Source: a virus
Lineage: Duplodnaviria > Caudoviricetes
DNA: 64,000 nt
Reading direction: 5' to 3' (one strand)
Virus record (IMG/VR): IMGVR_UViG_3300021431_000003
Coordinates: 64,001-128,000 of that record
In this document: in pieces, positions 21,267 to 29,909 of the stretch
Layout of the letters: each line of letters begins with the position of its first letter
How positions within the stretch are numbered: position 1 is the first letter of the stretch
Position numbers and translations under genes: made by a program
Notes under the pieces: generated by a model
The model's input: the letters and a program-made list of their open reading frames with translations, nothing else
What the model was told of the DNA's origin: nothing
Databases searched by the model: none

Positions 21267-23480
21267 ATGACCAGTACAGTTTATGACTATGGTGTCTTTA
21301 CACCGTTAATTAATGGACAATCTGTTATTATCAATACAGCAGATATCACAAAAGAAACAATCGATGATTACCAGAACGATTTGAAAGACGTCTTTCTGGA
21401 TTATATCGAAAATCCTACAATCCAGAAAAATAAGGTTACATTTGTATTTGATAATGGTATGAGTGTTAACCTTCCGACAGCATATGCACTTATTAACATT
21501 ATCGCTTGGGGTTTCATTGTTAAGACAAATCAGACAATTAAACCTAAACACCTGTTCTTTAATAAGAAAGGTATCACTAATGCATATATCAAATCTTATA
21601 TTGATAAGTTTGCTATTATGCCTGTAAGAGATATGGTATCAGATGCTAATGATAGAATGATTATCCATAATCTCAATCGTACTATCTATGACAGTTTAAG
21701 GGACTTAAAGTTTGTAGATAAGTTTGCTTGGTACTTTAATAATAGTATCAATATGGAAGACTTTATTCTTATGTACTATTCATGCCCTGGATTTAAACAA
21801 ATTATGGATAGACATAATAATAACTACTATGCTCAATTTCCTCCCGAACAAATGAATCAAGAAGCATTAAACGATATGAATAAGCTTATCGAATATATCG
21901 TAGATGCTAAGAAATATATTGGACGTGACCATTGTCTATCTGATGCATTTAGAGCCAAAGAAGGTGTTAAACCTAAACAGGCTCGTGAGATGTATATTAA
22001 TATTGGTGTTAAGCCTAATGGTGAAGGTGGTATCTTCCCGTATGTAGTTAACACTTCATATATCTCTGGCGGTGCTAATAATGTAGCGTTCCACATTCTC
22101 GAATCTCTGATTGCACGTATTGCACAGAATCTTTCTAAGAAGAATACTTCTCGTTCAGGTCACTTCTCTAGAATTATGATTCTGAATTGTGCAGCAACAA
22201 GAAAATATACAGTACCATATTCTGATAAGATTGACCCTGGATATGATTGTGGTACTCGTAATTTTCTTGAGTATTATGTAGAAGATGAAACTGCTCTTAA
22301 GAAGATTGCAGATAGATGGTATCGTATTGACCCTATGGGAATCGAACATCGTCTTGGTAATGTATATAGAGTAGTAAAAGAGAATCAGGACCTTATTGGT
22401 AAGGTAATTTATCTACGTTCCCCGATTAAGTGCTTATCTGCAGCTCACGGTAGAGGTATCTGTAGAAAGTGTATGGGTGAACTGTATAATATCGTACCAG
22501 CTACTAATATTGGTGTATACAGTGTTACAAATCTTACTGAACGTCTTACTCAGATGATGCTGTCAGCTAAACATCTTCTTGAGGCAAAGATTGATAGTGT
22601 GACATTTGATACTTCTACTATGACGCCCGAGGAGATTTCTAAGTATATCCTTATTGATGAGGGTACAATCTTTATCAATCCTAATATTCCTGATATGAAG
22701 AAGTGGCATCTTATTATTAAAGATGGTGATATTCAGGAAGAGGTACTTGCATCTCTTGATGATGGAGATGATGATGATAACGATGACTTCAATATTGAAG
22801 ATACAATGAATTATATCAATGTATTCTATCTTAAGAAACAAGGTTCTAATGAAGTGATTACTATTAAGACATCTAATGTAGATAATCTGTATCTCACTGA
22901 TTGGCTTAATGATTATATTGAACTTAAGAATCTTGCTGATAATAACGAAGATATTGATATTCCTGTATCTGTACTTCTTGAAGATGTATCTCCATTGTTT
23001 AATGTAGGAATTCACAATGATGATATGTCTGAGCGTCTTGAGTCTGTTATTAAGGTTATCGACCTGAAGGCTAATACAGATTCTTATACTGCAGAGACAT
23101 TTCTTAAGGCTCTTTCTGATAGACTTAATAATATCGGACTTGACCATATTATGTCTGTTCATCTTGAGATTATCATTATGAATCAGATTAGAGATAAGAC
23201 TGACATTATCGAAATGCCTGATTGGAGTGTTCCTAATCAGCAGAATTATCAGATTTTGACACTGAAGAAAGCTGTAATGACACATCCTAGTATTACGATT
23301 GCAATGCAGTCTGAAAATATTGCTAGAATGTTGTATAATCCTCTCAGCTTTAGAAAGCACAAGCCATCTCCTTATGACTTAATGTATATGGTACAACCCC
23401 AGAAGTTTATTCATAACGACCCTGAGGTTAAGAATGATGGTACAGGTATGGATGCTCTGTTCAAGTATATGGGAGATTGA
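21267..23480 (+). CDS. RNA polymerase beta' subunit, C-terminal part (probably non-virion RNAP)
   Basis: KNTSRSGHFSR (bridge helix), DCGT, LRSPIKC...GICRKCMG zinc site, LTQMMLSAKH (trigger loop), VHLEIII. Confidence 0.9.
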   Translation: MTSTVYDYGVFTPLINGQSVIINTADITKETIDDYQNDLKDVFLDYIENPTIQKNKVTFVFDNGMSVNLPTAYALINIIAWGFIVKTNQTIKPKHLFFNKKGITNAYIKSYIDKFAIMPVRDMVSDANDRMIIHNLNRTIYDSLRDLKFVDKFAWYFNNSINMEDFILMYYSCPGFKQIMDRHNNNYYAQFPPEQMNQEALNDMNKLIEYIVDAKKYIGRDHCLSDAFRAKEGVKPKQAREMYINIGVKPNGEGGIFPYVVNTSYISGGANNVAFHILESLIARIAQNLSKKNTSRSGHFSRIMILNCAATRKYTVPYSDKIDPGYDCGTRNFLEYYVEDETALKKIADRWYRIDPMGIEHRLGNVYRVVKENQDLIGKVIYLRSPIKCLSAAHGRGICRKCMGELYNIVPATNIGVYSVTNLTERLTQMMLSAKHLLEAKIDSVTFDTSTMTPEEISKYILIDEGTIFINPNIPDMKKWHLIIKDGDIQEEVLASLDDGDDDDNDDFNIEDTMNYINVFYLKKQGSNEVITIKTSNVDNLYLTDWLNDYIELKNLADNNEDIDIPVSVLLEDVSPLFNVGIHNDDMSERLESVIKVIDLKANTDSYTAETFLKALSDRLNNIGLDHIMSVHLEIIIMNQIRDKTDIIEMPDWSVPNQQNYQILTLKKAVMTHPSITIAMQSENIARMLYNPLSFRKHKPSPYDLMYMVQPQKFIHNDPEVKNDGTGMDALFKYMGD

Positions 23481-23482
23481 TT

Positions 23483-23494
23483 AACATTGAATTA
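23483..23494 (+). promoter_or_regulatory. Late-type promoter followed by a hairpin
   Basis: AACAttgaatTAg, then GAGCCTCAC..GTGAGGCTC. Confidence 0.55.
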
Positions 23495-23540
23495 GAGCCT
23501 CACTGTATCGTGAGGCTCCTAATTTATGTGAGGTGATTAA

Positions 23541-25094
23541 ATGGATAACAGAAAGATTGTTGTATATAACAACAAAATAGTTATCAACGATTATGTATAT
23601 GGTGATTATCCTGGATTAGATAGTTCATTTGAAGTATTTGATAAGGCTACTCACACATATAGAACAATCGCAGCGGTATATGATAGAAAGGCTAGAACCC
23701 TGACTATTCCTAGAGGATTAGATATATCTTATTTGGAAAAGATGTTAGGATATAATGCTTTCTATGATAACACCTATATTCAACCAAGAAAGAATCTAAA
23801 TCAGATTCTAATCAAATATCCACCTAAAGATGAGAAGCAATCACAAGCAATTAACTTCTTATCTGGAAACGGAAACTACAAGTTTACTAAGAAATATTCA
23901 CAATTATTCTTAGCACTTGATACTGGTGCAGGTAAGACGTATCTCGGTATTGTCTATACTGCATTATTGAATTTGAAGACAATCATTATCACTACTTCTA
24001 ACGATTGGTTGTCTCAATGGAGAACCCGTTTTATAGAGCATACCAATATGATATCTTCTGAGATTCATTCTATAGAAGGTTCTATGGATATCAACAATAT
24101 CTTATCTAAACCTGATTCTGTATATGATAAGTATAAGTTATATACAGTAACTCATGCTACTTTACTTTCATATGCGAATGAACATGGATGGGAAGCTATT
24201 GATTATCTGTTTAGAAAACTTGGCATAGGTCTTAAGATTATAGATGAAGCACATCTTAACTTTGATAATATCTATCATATAGATTATGCATCATCTGTAT
24301 ATAGAACTCTATATCTTACAGCAACTCCAGTAAGAGGAGAAAGTAGTGAGAATAGAATCTATCAAATCTATTTTAAGAATATACCGATGTTAGATTTATT
24401 CGACCCAGAGAATGACCCTCATACTCATTATATCTCTCTTAGATATAAGAGTGGTTTCACTGTACAAGAGATTAATGCTTGTCAGAATAAATATGGGTTT
24501 AATAAACAAACGTATTCAGACCTAGTTGTGATGAAGGAAAACTTTGATTTCATCTCAAGAATAGTTATGGATATGGTATACCATATACCAGGAAAGAAGA
24601 TGTTTTTCTTTGCTACAAATAATTCTATAGTATTCTTCTATCAATGGTTAATATGTAATTATCCAGAACTACAGAATGATATAGGTATCTTTACTTCTAT
24701 AAATGAGAATAAAGCTGCAGCAAAGGATAAGACTTATATTCTCACAACTTCTAAATCAGCGGGAGCAGCAGTAGATATACCAGACTTAATGGTATGTATT
24801 AATATGGCTGAACCTACTAAATCCCCGCCACAGAATAAACAAAGATTTGGTCGTACTCGTGCTTATAATAGTTACTATATAGATGTAGTAGATACATCTC
24901 TAAAAGTAATCAGTAACTATTATAAACAGTCATATCCGATGTTTGAGAAGTATGCATTAGATTGTAGAGATGTAGTATTCAGTCAAGCTCAGTTAAAGAA
25001 TACTGCATTTAATGTAATGTATAAACGTCTCAAAGAGTTTGGAGGAATGCCGTTTGAGAATATAGACTTGAAGCATCCTCCAAAATGGTGGTAA
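23541..25094 (+). CDS. Superfamily 2 DExH helicase (UvsW-like)
   Basis: DTGAGKT, IIDEAH, LTATP and QRFGRTR motifs. Confidence 0.9.
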   Translation: MDNRKIVVYNNKIVINDYVYGDYPGLDSSFEVFDKATHTYRTIAAVYDRKARTLTIPRGLDISYLEKMLGYNAFYDNTYIQPRKNLNQILIKYPPKDEKQSQAINFLSGNGNYKFTKKYSQLFLALDTGAGKTYLGIVYTALLNLKTIIITTSNDWLSQWRTRFIEHTNMISSEIHSIEGSMDINNILSKPDSVYDKYKLYTVTHATLLSYANEHGWEAIDYLFRKLGIGLKIIDEAHLNFDNIYHIDYASSVYRTLYLTATPVRGESSENRIYQIYFKNIPMLDLFDPENDPHTHYISLRYKSGFTVQEINACQNKYGFNKQTYSDLVVMKENFDFISRIVMDMVYHIPGKKMFFFATNNSIVFFYQWLICNYPELQNDIGIFTSINENKAAAKDKTYILTTSKSAGAAVDIPDLMVCINMAEPTKSPPQNKQRFGRTRAYNSYYIDVVDTSLKVISNYYKQSYPMFEKYALDCRDVVFSQAQLKNTAFNVMYKRLKEFGGMPFENIDLKHPPKWW

Positions 25095-25135
25095 TAACAC
25101 AATGAAAAACTACTAAGTAAAGGTGGTGAGGGAAG

Positions 25136-25843
25136 ATGCAGACTGATTATTGTTATATGAATGACATGGTATACCAGTTATCAGATGAAGTTAGACTCAT
25201 GTTTCATACAGTAGCTTCATATAATAATGGTATGAGAACATTCTCTAATTATAACGAATATAAACTTAATGGCAAGACTGAAGGTAATACAATGATAAAA
25301 CGTGTATTATCATATTACTTGTTCTTTGAAGATAGACGGGATAAGATAGAGAAAATCAGTATCTATCCCGAACACATGTTTGAACTATTGAAATACTTTG
25401 AGCATATAAGACTTAATTGGATTGAAAGTGATAATTGTGGTATATATGGAGTCATGGATAATTCACTTGCTGTGGTAAACTATGACGAGTATATCTATAT
25501 GAGATTACCAATGGATAAGGTAATTAAGTTTATGCCTGGAGTAATGAAGACAGAAATGGGTGATATGAAATGTATAGATTTGTATCTTAACTCTACTAAT
25601 CCAGTTCAAATAACACATAGTACATTCTTAGGAATGTACTATGTGCTTCAACATTTTGATATGTTGAACTATGCAAATACAAGTTTGTCGTTTATGATGC
25701 TGATGAACACTCCTCTTAATAGAACTGATTTCACTACATCTGGTCAAGTTAACTCTGCGCCATTGAAAGATAACAGTACAGTGTCTGGTAGTGTAGGAAG
25801 AACGTTTAATAAGAGTAACAAGTCAGCATTCTTTGATGATTAA
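25136..25843 (+). CDS. Hypothetical protein
   Basis: 235-aa ORF, AACT-N6-TA promoter variant at 25108-25119. Confidence 0.8.
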   Translation: MQTDYCYMNDMVYQLSDEVRLMFHTVASYNNGMRTFSNYNEYKLNGKTEGNTMIKRVLSYYLFFEDRRDKIEKISIYPEHMFELLKYFEHIRLNWIESDNCGIYGVMDNSLAVVNYDEYIYMRLPMDKVIKFMPGVMKTEMGDMKCIDLYLNSTNPVQITHSTFLGMYYVLQHFDMLNYANTSLSFMMLMNTPLNRTDFTTSGQVNSAPLKDNSTVSGSVGRTFNKSNKSAFFDD

Positions 25844-25856
25844 GGAGGAAATAATT

Positions 25857-26276
25857 ATGGACGAGTATAAAAAAATGAATGATATCGTTAGTAATGCCAA
25901 AATGGATGAACTCTATATAGCAGTAAATGTGATTAATGATTGGATTTTAGAAGGATTTGATTTATCAACTCTTCCTGTTCAACTTGCAGATTTTGGTTAT
26001 TCAGAGAAAGATGTTAATACGATTAAAAACTCACTCATAAATATCAAAGAAGCTCTTAAGGATAAAGAATCCGCTGTTAAATCTGATAAACTGCAAATTG
26101 TTAGAAATTTGCTTAATTCTAACACGTCAACTTCTTTACCAGCACCATATTCTTGGAATCCTAATATCAAGCAAGATTTTCCTACAGAAATTTGTCGCAA
26201 TAGTAACTATGGCGACGATATTTCTAGTGCTCCATATTTAGGACCTATGCCTTTAGATGGCGGACTTAAGGATTAA
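25857..26276 (+). CDS. Hypothetical protein (paralog of next gene)
   Basis: TAAGGAGG RBS; INDWILEGFDLST...INIKEALKD. Confidence 0.75.
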   Translation: MDEYKKMNDIVSNAKMDELYIAVNVINDWILEGFDLSTLPVQLADFGYSEKDVNTIKNSLINIKEALKDKESAVKSDKLQIVRNLLNSNTSTSLPAPYSWNPNIKQDFPTEICRNSNYGDDISSAPYLGPMPLDGGLKD

Positions 26277-26289
26277 GGAGGAAATAATT

Positions 26290-26580
26290 ATGACATACGG
26301 TAATGGCACATTGATTAGATGCTTGGCTACAATCAATGATTATATCATTGAAGACGGTTTAGATTTATCTACCTATGCTGATACACTTGAAAAGAAAAAT
26401 TATCCAGAAGATATGGTTAATGCTGTTAGAATTGCCATTGAAAATATTAAAGAATCTTTGAGAGAGACATATATAGAACCAAAGCCAATGAATCCAGATG
26501 AAGAACTCCAGTTATCTGTAGACGATGCTATTGAAGGAATCAATAACTATATTGAAAATGGAGGGTATAAAGAATTATGA
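26290..26580 (+). CDS. Hypothetical protein (paralog of previous gene)
   Basis: Identical 22-nt RBS region; INDYIIEDGLDLST...ENIKESLRE. Confidence 0.75.
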   Translation: MTYGNGTLIRCLATINDYIIEDGLDLSTYADTLEKKNYPEDMVNAVRIAIENIKESLRETYIEPKPMNPDEELQLSVDDAIEGINNYIENGGYKEL

Positions 26581-26864
26581 GTTTTCTAGATTTTATAGGA
26601 TATGGTATTTTGTTAAAGATTCTTAAAGCTGTATTATGGATAGCAGCTAGTATAGGATTATATTTCTTCATTTACTGGCTCCTTAACGGTAAAAGAGATA
26701 CTAAAGAAGAACATAATCATGATAAACAACATGATGATGATTTTAATTTAAGGAAATATGAGTATTCGGGTGGTACAGTAAAGGACTTTAATGATAGATG
26801 TCGTAAAAGTTTCTTTGATAGCGTTGGATTACGTGAAGAAGAGGATGAAAAAGATGATGAATGA
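26577..26864 (+). CDS. Small membrane protein
   Basis: ATGA overlap with upstream gene; hydrophobic N-terminus (ILLKILKAVLWIAASIGLYFFIYWLL). Confidence 0.75.
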   Translation: MSFLDFIGYGILLKILKAVLWIAASIGLYFFIYWLLNGKRDTKEEHNHDKQHDDDFNLRKYEYSGGTVKDFNDRCRKSFFDSVGLREEEDEKDDE

Positions 26865-27042
26865 AATTAAATCAAATCAAAAGATAAATTATTATCCATA
26901 TTCTTTTGAACTGGAAACTACTCCAGCTCAAGTCCTACCTAAATTACCACATATTATTGCTACAGAACGAACAGTAATAGATAACTATACACCAGTTATC
27001 GGATTACATGAGGATGGTGAGAAAGATGATGAACATATATGA
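26854..27042 (+). CDS. Hypothetical protein
   Basis: Coupled ORF after GAGGA. Confidence 0.55.
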   Translation: MMNEIKSNQKINYYPYSFELETTPAQVLPKLPHIIATERTVIDNYTPVIGLHEDGEKDDEHI

Positions 27043-27370
27043 AATGTTTGAATTATTGTATATAAATTATATTAAGCATATGAACAATACTATATCAGAT
27101 AGATACATTGATATCGATGAAGTTTACAAAGCACGTGCTAAAAAGAAAATGAATCTGCGTTGTAAGAAGCCCGATTTAGAATATCCAGATGTACCTGATT
27201 TATATTATAGAAGTGTAGTTGAAGAAATGAATAAGATTAAAGATAAGCCAATTACTATAGATGATTTGATGAAGATAAATTTAGCAATGATTGGAATGTT
27301 TGAGGATTATGTTATTCCTAAGTCAAAATCAGATGATAAACCTAATGATACTTTAGGTATATTAAAATAA
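27026..27370 (+). CDS. Hypothetical protein
   Basis: Coupled ORF in the small-gene run. Confidence 0.65.
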   Translation: MMNIYEMFELLYINYIKHMNNTISDRYIDIDEVYKARAKKKMNLRCKKPDLEYPDVPDLYYRSVVEEMNKIKDKPITIDDLMKINLAMIGMFEDYVIPKSKSDDKPNDTLGILK

Positions 27371-27380
27371 ATTATACTTG

Positions 27381-27423
27381 TATATAATATAGGTGTAAGA
27401 GGAGGTAGCGATTAGCTACCTCC
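27381..27423 (+). promoter_or_regulatory. Early-type promoter with 5' hairpin
   Basis: TATATAATATAGGTG then GGAGGTAGC-gatta-GCTACCTCC. Confidence 0.6.
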
Positions 27424-27457
27424 AAAATTTATTTCATAACGAAAAGGAGAGTTTATT

Positions 27458-27838
27458 ATGACTACAAATGAAAGAGAAATTTTTGACAGGGCGGTTGATG
27501 CTTTGCATGATGTTGTCTATTCAATCGAAATTGATAAAGTTAATTTTGATGAATTAGAAAATCATGTAAGAACGTATGATGTTGGGAAAGCTAATAATGT
27601 TAAGGTATATCTTAATAATATTAAAAGCACTTTTTCGGCACAATCTGATACTGAACTTCAGGAGATTATCAATGTCGTTAATAATGTAGTTACAACTACT
27701 ACTAACGGCACTTCTTCTGTACAGAATCTGGAAGACCTCAAAGCTTTTCTGAATCAGGCGCTTCCTGCTTGGCAGAATGCAATGCAGAATCAGACTGTAT
27801 TTCAGCGGCAGTTCTATCAGTTCCCTACTCGCACATAA
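27458..27838 (+). CDS. Hypothetical protein
   Basis: AAAGGAG RBS; weak resemblance to the 25857/26290 paralogs. Confidence 0.75.
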   Translation: MTTNEREIFDRAVDALHDVVYSIEIDKVNFDELENHVRTYDVGKANNVKVYLNNIKSTFSAQSDTELQEIINVVNNVVTTTTNGTSSVQNLEDLKAFLNQALPAWQNAMQNQTVFQRQFYQFPTRT

Positions 27839-27848
27839 TGTAAACAAA

Positions 27849-27877
27849 AAGAATGGGTTATTTATTAACCTATTCTT
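27849..27877 (+). terminator. Intrinsic terminator
   Basis: AAGAATGGGTTA..TAACCTATTCTT + T tract. Confidence 0.65.
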
Positions 27878-27903
27878 TTTAAATTTAAAAGGAGTATATT
27901 TAT

Positions 27904-28125
27904 ATGGATAAGAAACTCAATCTGGATGAAATTGAAGAAAAATATGAGATATTAAGAAAACAATTTACTGAAGACATTAAGATTGCCATTAAAGGTGATA
28001 AATATGTTCAACAATCTCATATTAACTATTTGGACTCACTTCCAACTATCGAGAAGAAGTATGAGTTCTTAGTAGAGCTTTATCAACACTATTTTGATTA
28101 TTTCATTAGAGATAATCAAAAGTAA
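27904..28125 (+). CDS. Hypothetical protein
   Basis: AAAAGGAG RBS, 73 aa. Confidence 0.7.
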   Translation: MDKKLNLDEIEEKYEILRKQFTEDIKIAIKGDKYVQQSHINYLDSLPTIEKKYEFLVELYQHYFDYFIRDNQK

Positions 28126-28150
28126 TAATTAATGAAAAGGAGAAATTACT

Positions 28151-28561
28151 ATGGAAAACAATAACAGACTTGCACAGAGGATTCAGGAAATCAATGAGTA
28201 TGTAGTTAAGGAGTATTCCTATGATCCTCATTTTGATTTCGATATCGTTGATGAGCTTACAATTTATACCGCTAATTTGGTTAAGATGGGAATCTTTGAT
28301 TTCAAATTAGTTATAGCTATTGGAGAGTTTTACGCTTTGAATGATATAGCTAACGGAAATACTCCTCCAGTAGATATCAGAGAATCAGAAGGATTTAAAG
28401 CATTTAATAAGGTGATAAATGATGCAATGCAAAATTGGTTTGCAGCTCATCCTAATGAAGCACCAGTAATAAAGAATCTTGAAATGGTTCCAATGCCTGG
28501 TTTTAATAGTGCTGGTTGTGCAAATACTGACTTTGCTACTAGACATTTACTGAAGAATTGA
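28151..28561 (+). CDS. Hypothetical protein
   Basis: AAAAGGAG RBS, 136 aa. Confidence 0.75.
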   Translation: MENNNRLAQRIQEINEYVVKEYSYDPHFDFDIVDELTIYTANLVKMGIFDFKLVIAIGEFYALNDIANGNTPPVDIRESEGFKAFNKVINDAMQNWFAAHPNEAPVIKNLEMVPMPGFNSAGCANTDFATRHLLKN

Positions 28562-28569
28562 CAATATAA

Positions 28570-28594
28570 GAACGGGACTCTCAATGTCCCGTTC
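28570..28594. terminator. Terminator between convergent genes
   Basis: GAACGGGAC..GTCCCGTTC + T tract. Confidence 0.8.
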
Positions 28595-28603
28595 TTTTTT
28601 GTA

Positions 28604-29815
28604 TTACATACGTCCAGGTTTAATCTCAGGATACTTAACTACAATAAGACTATCGCTATAATCATAACGATATGTAGTTACGTTAGCAAGTTCTTCTCTC
28701 AGAGAATAATATTTCTCTAATAATCCCCACCAACGTTTATGCTCAGCTTCACTTAAACGTTCATGGTCTAAGAAGTCTTCGATTACAGAGATACGTGTAT
28801 TAATCATACGCATTAGATAGTATGCATCATCTTCGTCTGCGACATGACGGATACGCATCTTGTATTCATATAAGTCTTGTTCAAACTTGCGAATATTTTT
28901 TATAGCAGTCTGTTTTCTTAACTCTGCATATTTACTCTGTTTTACTTCAGACTTAGATTCATTCACAAATACGTAATATAGTTCTCTATTAGTATAATCA
29001 CAACTCTCAGTGATATTAGTATCATCAATAGTTGTAATAGCGTTCATCATGATTTCCATTTCACGTTTCTCAACTTCAGAGCCTGTAATGCCTTTCATCT
29101 TCTTTAGAAGTCTTAGTGCTGGGATACGTTTAATCTTGAGTTCTTTATATACAGATAGAGACCATGCTAATGATGTAAGCTTGTTTACACTACCATCATT
29201 AATCTTCATACCAGATTTACAAATCTTATCAAAGATAGAGTTTAGGTCTTCTCCATATCCACACATATGTACAAACTCATCTGCTAATACTTCTCCATTC
29301 TTATAAATAAAGAACATAGAAGTCATCTTACGTACAGTATCTTTAATACCATAGCTGATGATTGTATAGTATTGTGCAGTCTTAGGAATATTCAGACTAT
29401 CTCCCTTCTTTGTAAGTTGTAATGCAATAACCTTTCTTACTTCATCTACAGGTTCGGGGTCATTAACAATATGACCAACTTCATGAAGAATCATTGCAGT
29501 AAGTTCTCTAGGAGTAATCTGTAATGCTGGGTGAAGAATCTTAGAATCAATTTCGATTGTATACTGATTGAAACGTACTTTCTTATCATCTTGAAGAATC
29601 TCTGTAACCAGTTCTTTATCTACATGTGGATATACACACATACCAAAGAACATAGAATCACTTCTAGTAAATAGAATCTCTTTACAATGAGAGTCTTTAA
29701 AGAAAAGATTCAATTCTTTTTTTAACTGGTCAAGACCCTTTCTTCCATCAGAATCAATAATAGTAGCACAAGCATATTCAATACCAGTGAAATCATAATT
29801 GATTTGACGAATCAT
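28604..29815 (-). CDS. Head-associated protein with HExxH zinc-metalloprotease motif
   Basis: ELTAMILHEVGH and EVLADEF; lies immediately downstream of the capsid gene. Confidence 0.6.
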   Translation of the reverse strand: MIRQINYDFTGIEYACATIIDSDGRKGLDQLKKELNLFFKDSHCKEILFTRSDSMFFGMCVYPHVDKELVTEILQDDKKVRFNQYTIEIDSKILHPALQITPRELTAMILHEVGHIVNDPEPVDEVRKVIALQLTKKGDSLNIPKTAQYYTIISYGIKDTVRKMTSMFFIYKNGEVLADEFVHMCGYGEDLNSIFDKICKSGMKINDGSVNKLTSLAWSLSVYKELKIKRIPALRLLKKMKGITGSEVEKREMEIMMNAITTIDDTNITESCDYTNRELYYVFVNESKSEVKQSKYAELRKQTAIKNIRKFEQDLYEYKMRIRHVADEDDAYYLMRMINTRISVIEDFLDHERLSEAEHKRWWGLLEKYYSLREELANVTTYRYDYSDSLIVVKYPEIKPGRM

Positions 29816-29848
29816 ACGGTATATCCTCCTTTCATTGAATTCAAAAAA

Positions 29849-29876
29849 CGCCTAGTGCCTATGAAGACACTAGGCG
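29849..29876 (-). terminator. Intrinsic terminator after the capsid gene
   Basis: CGCCTAGTG..CACTAGGCG followed by T6 on the minus strand. Confidence 0.8.
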
Positions 29877-29909
29877 CTTGAAAGACCTTAAGTTATATAA
29901 TTACATTAA

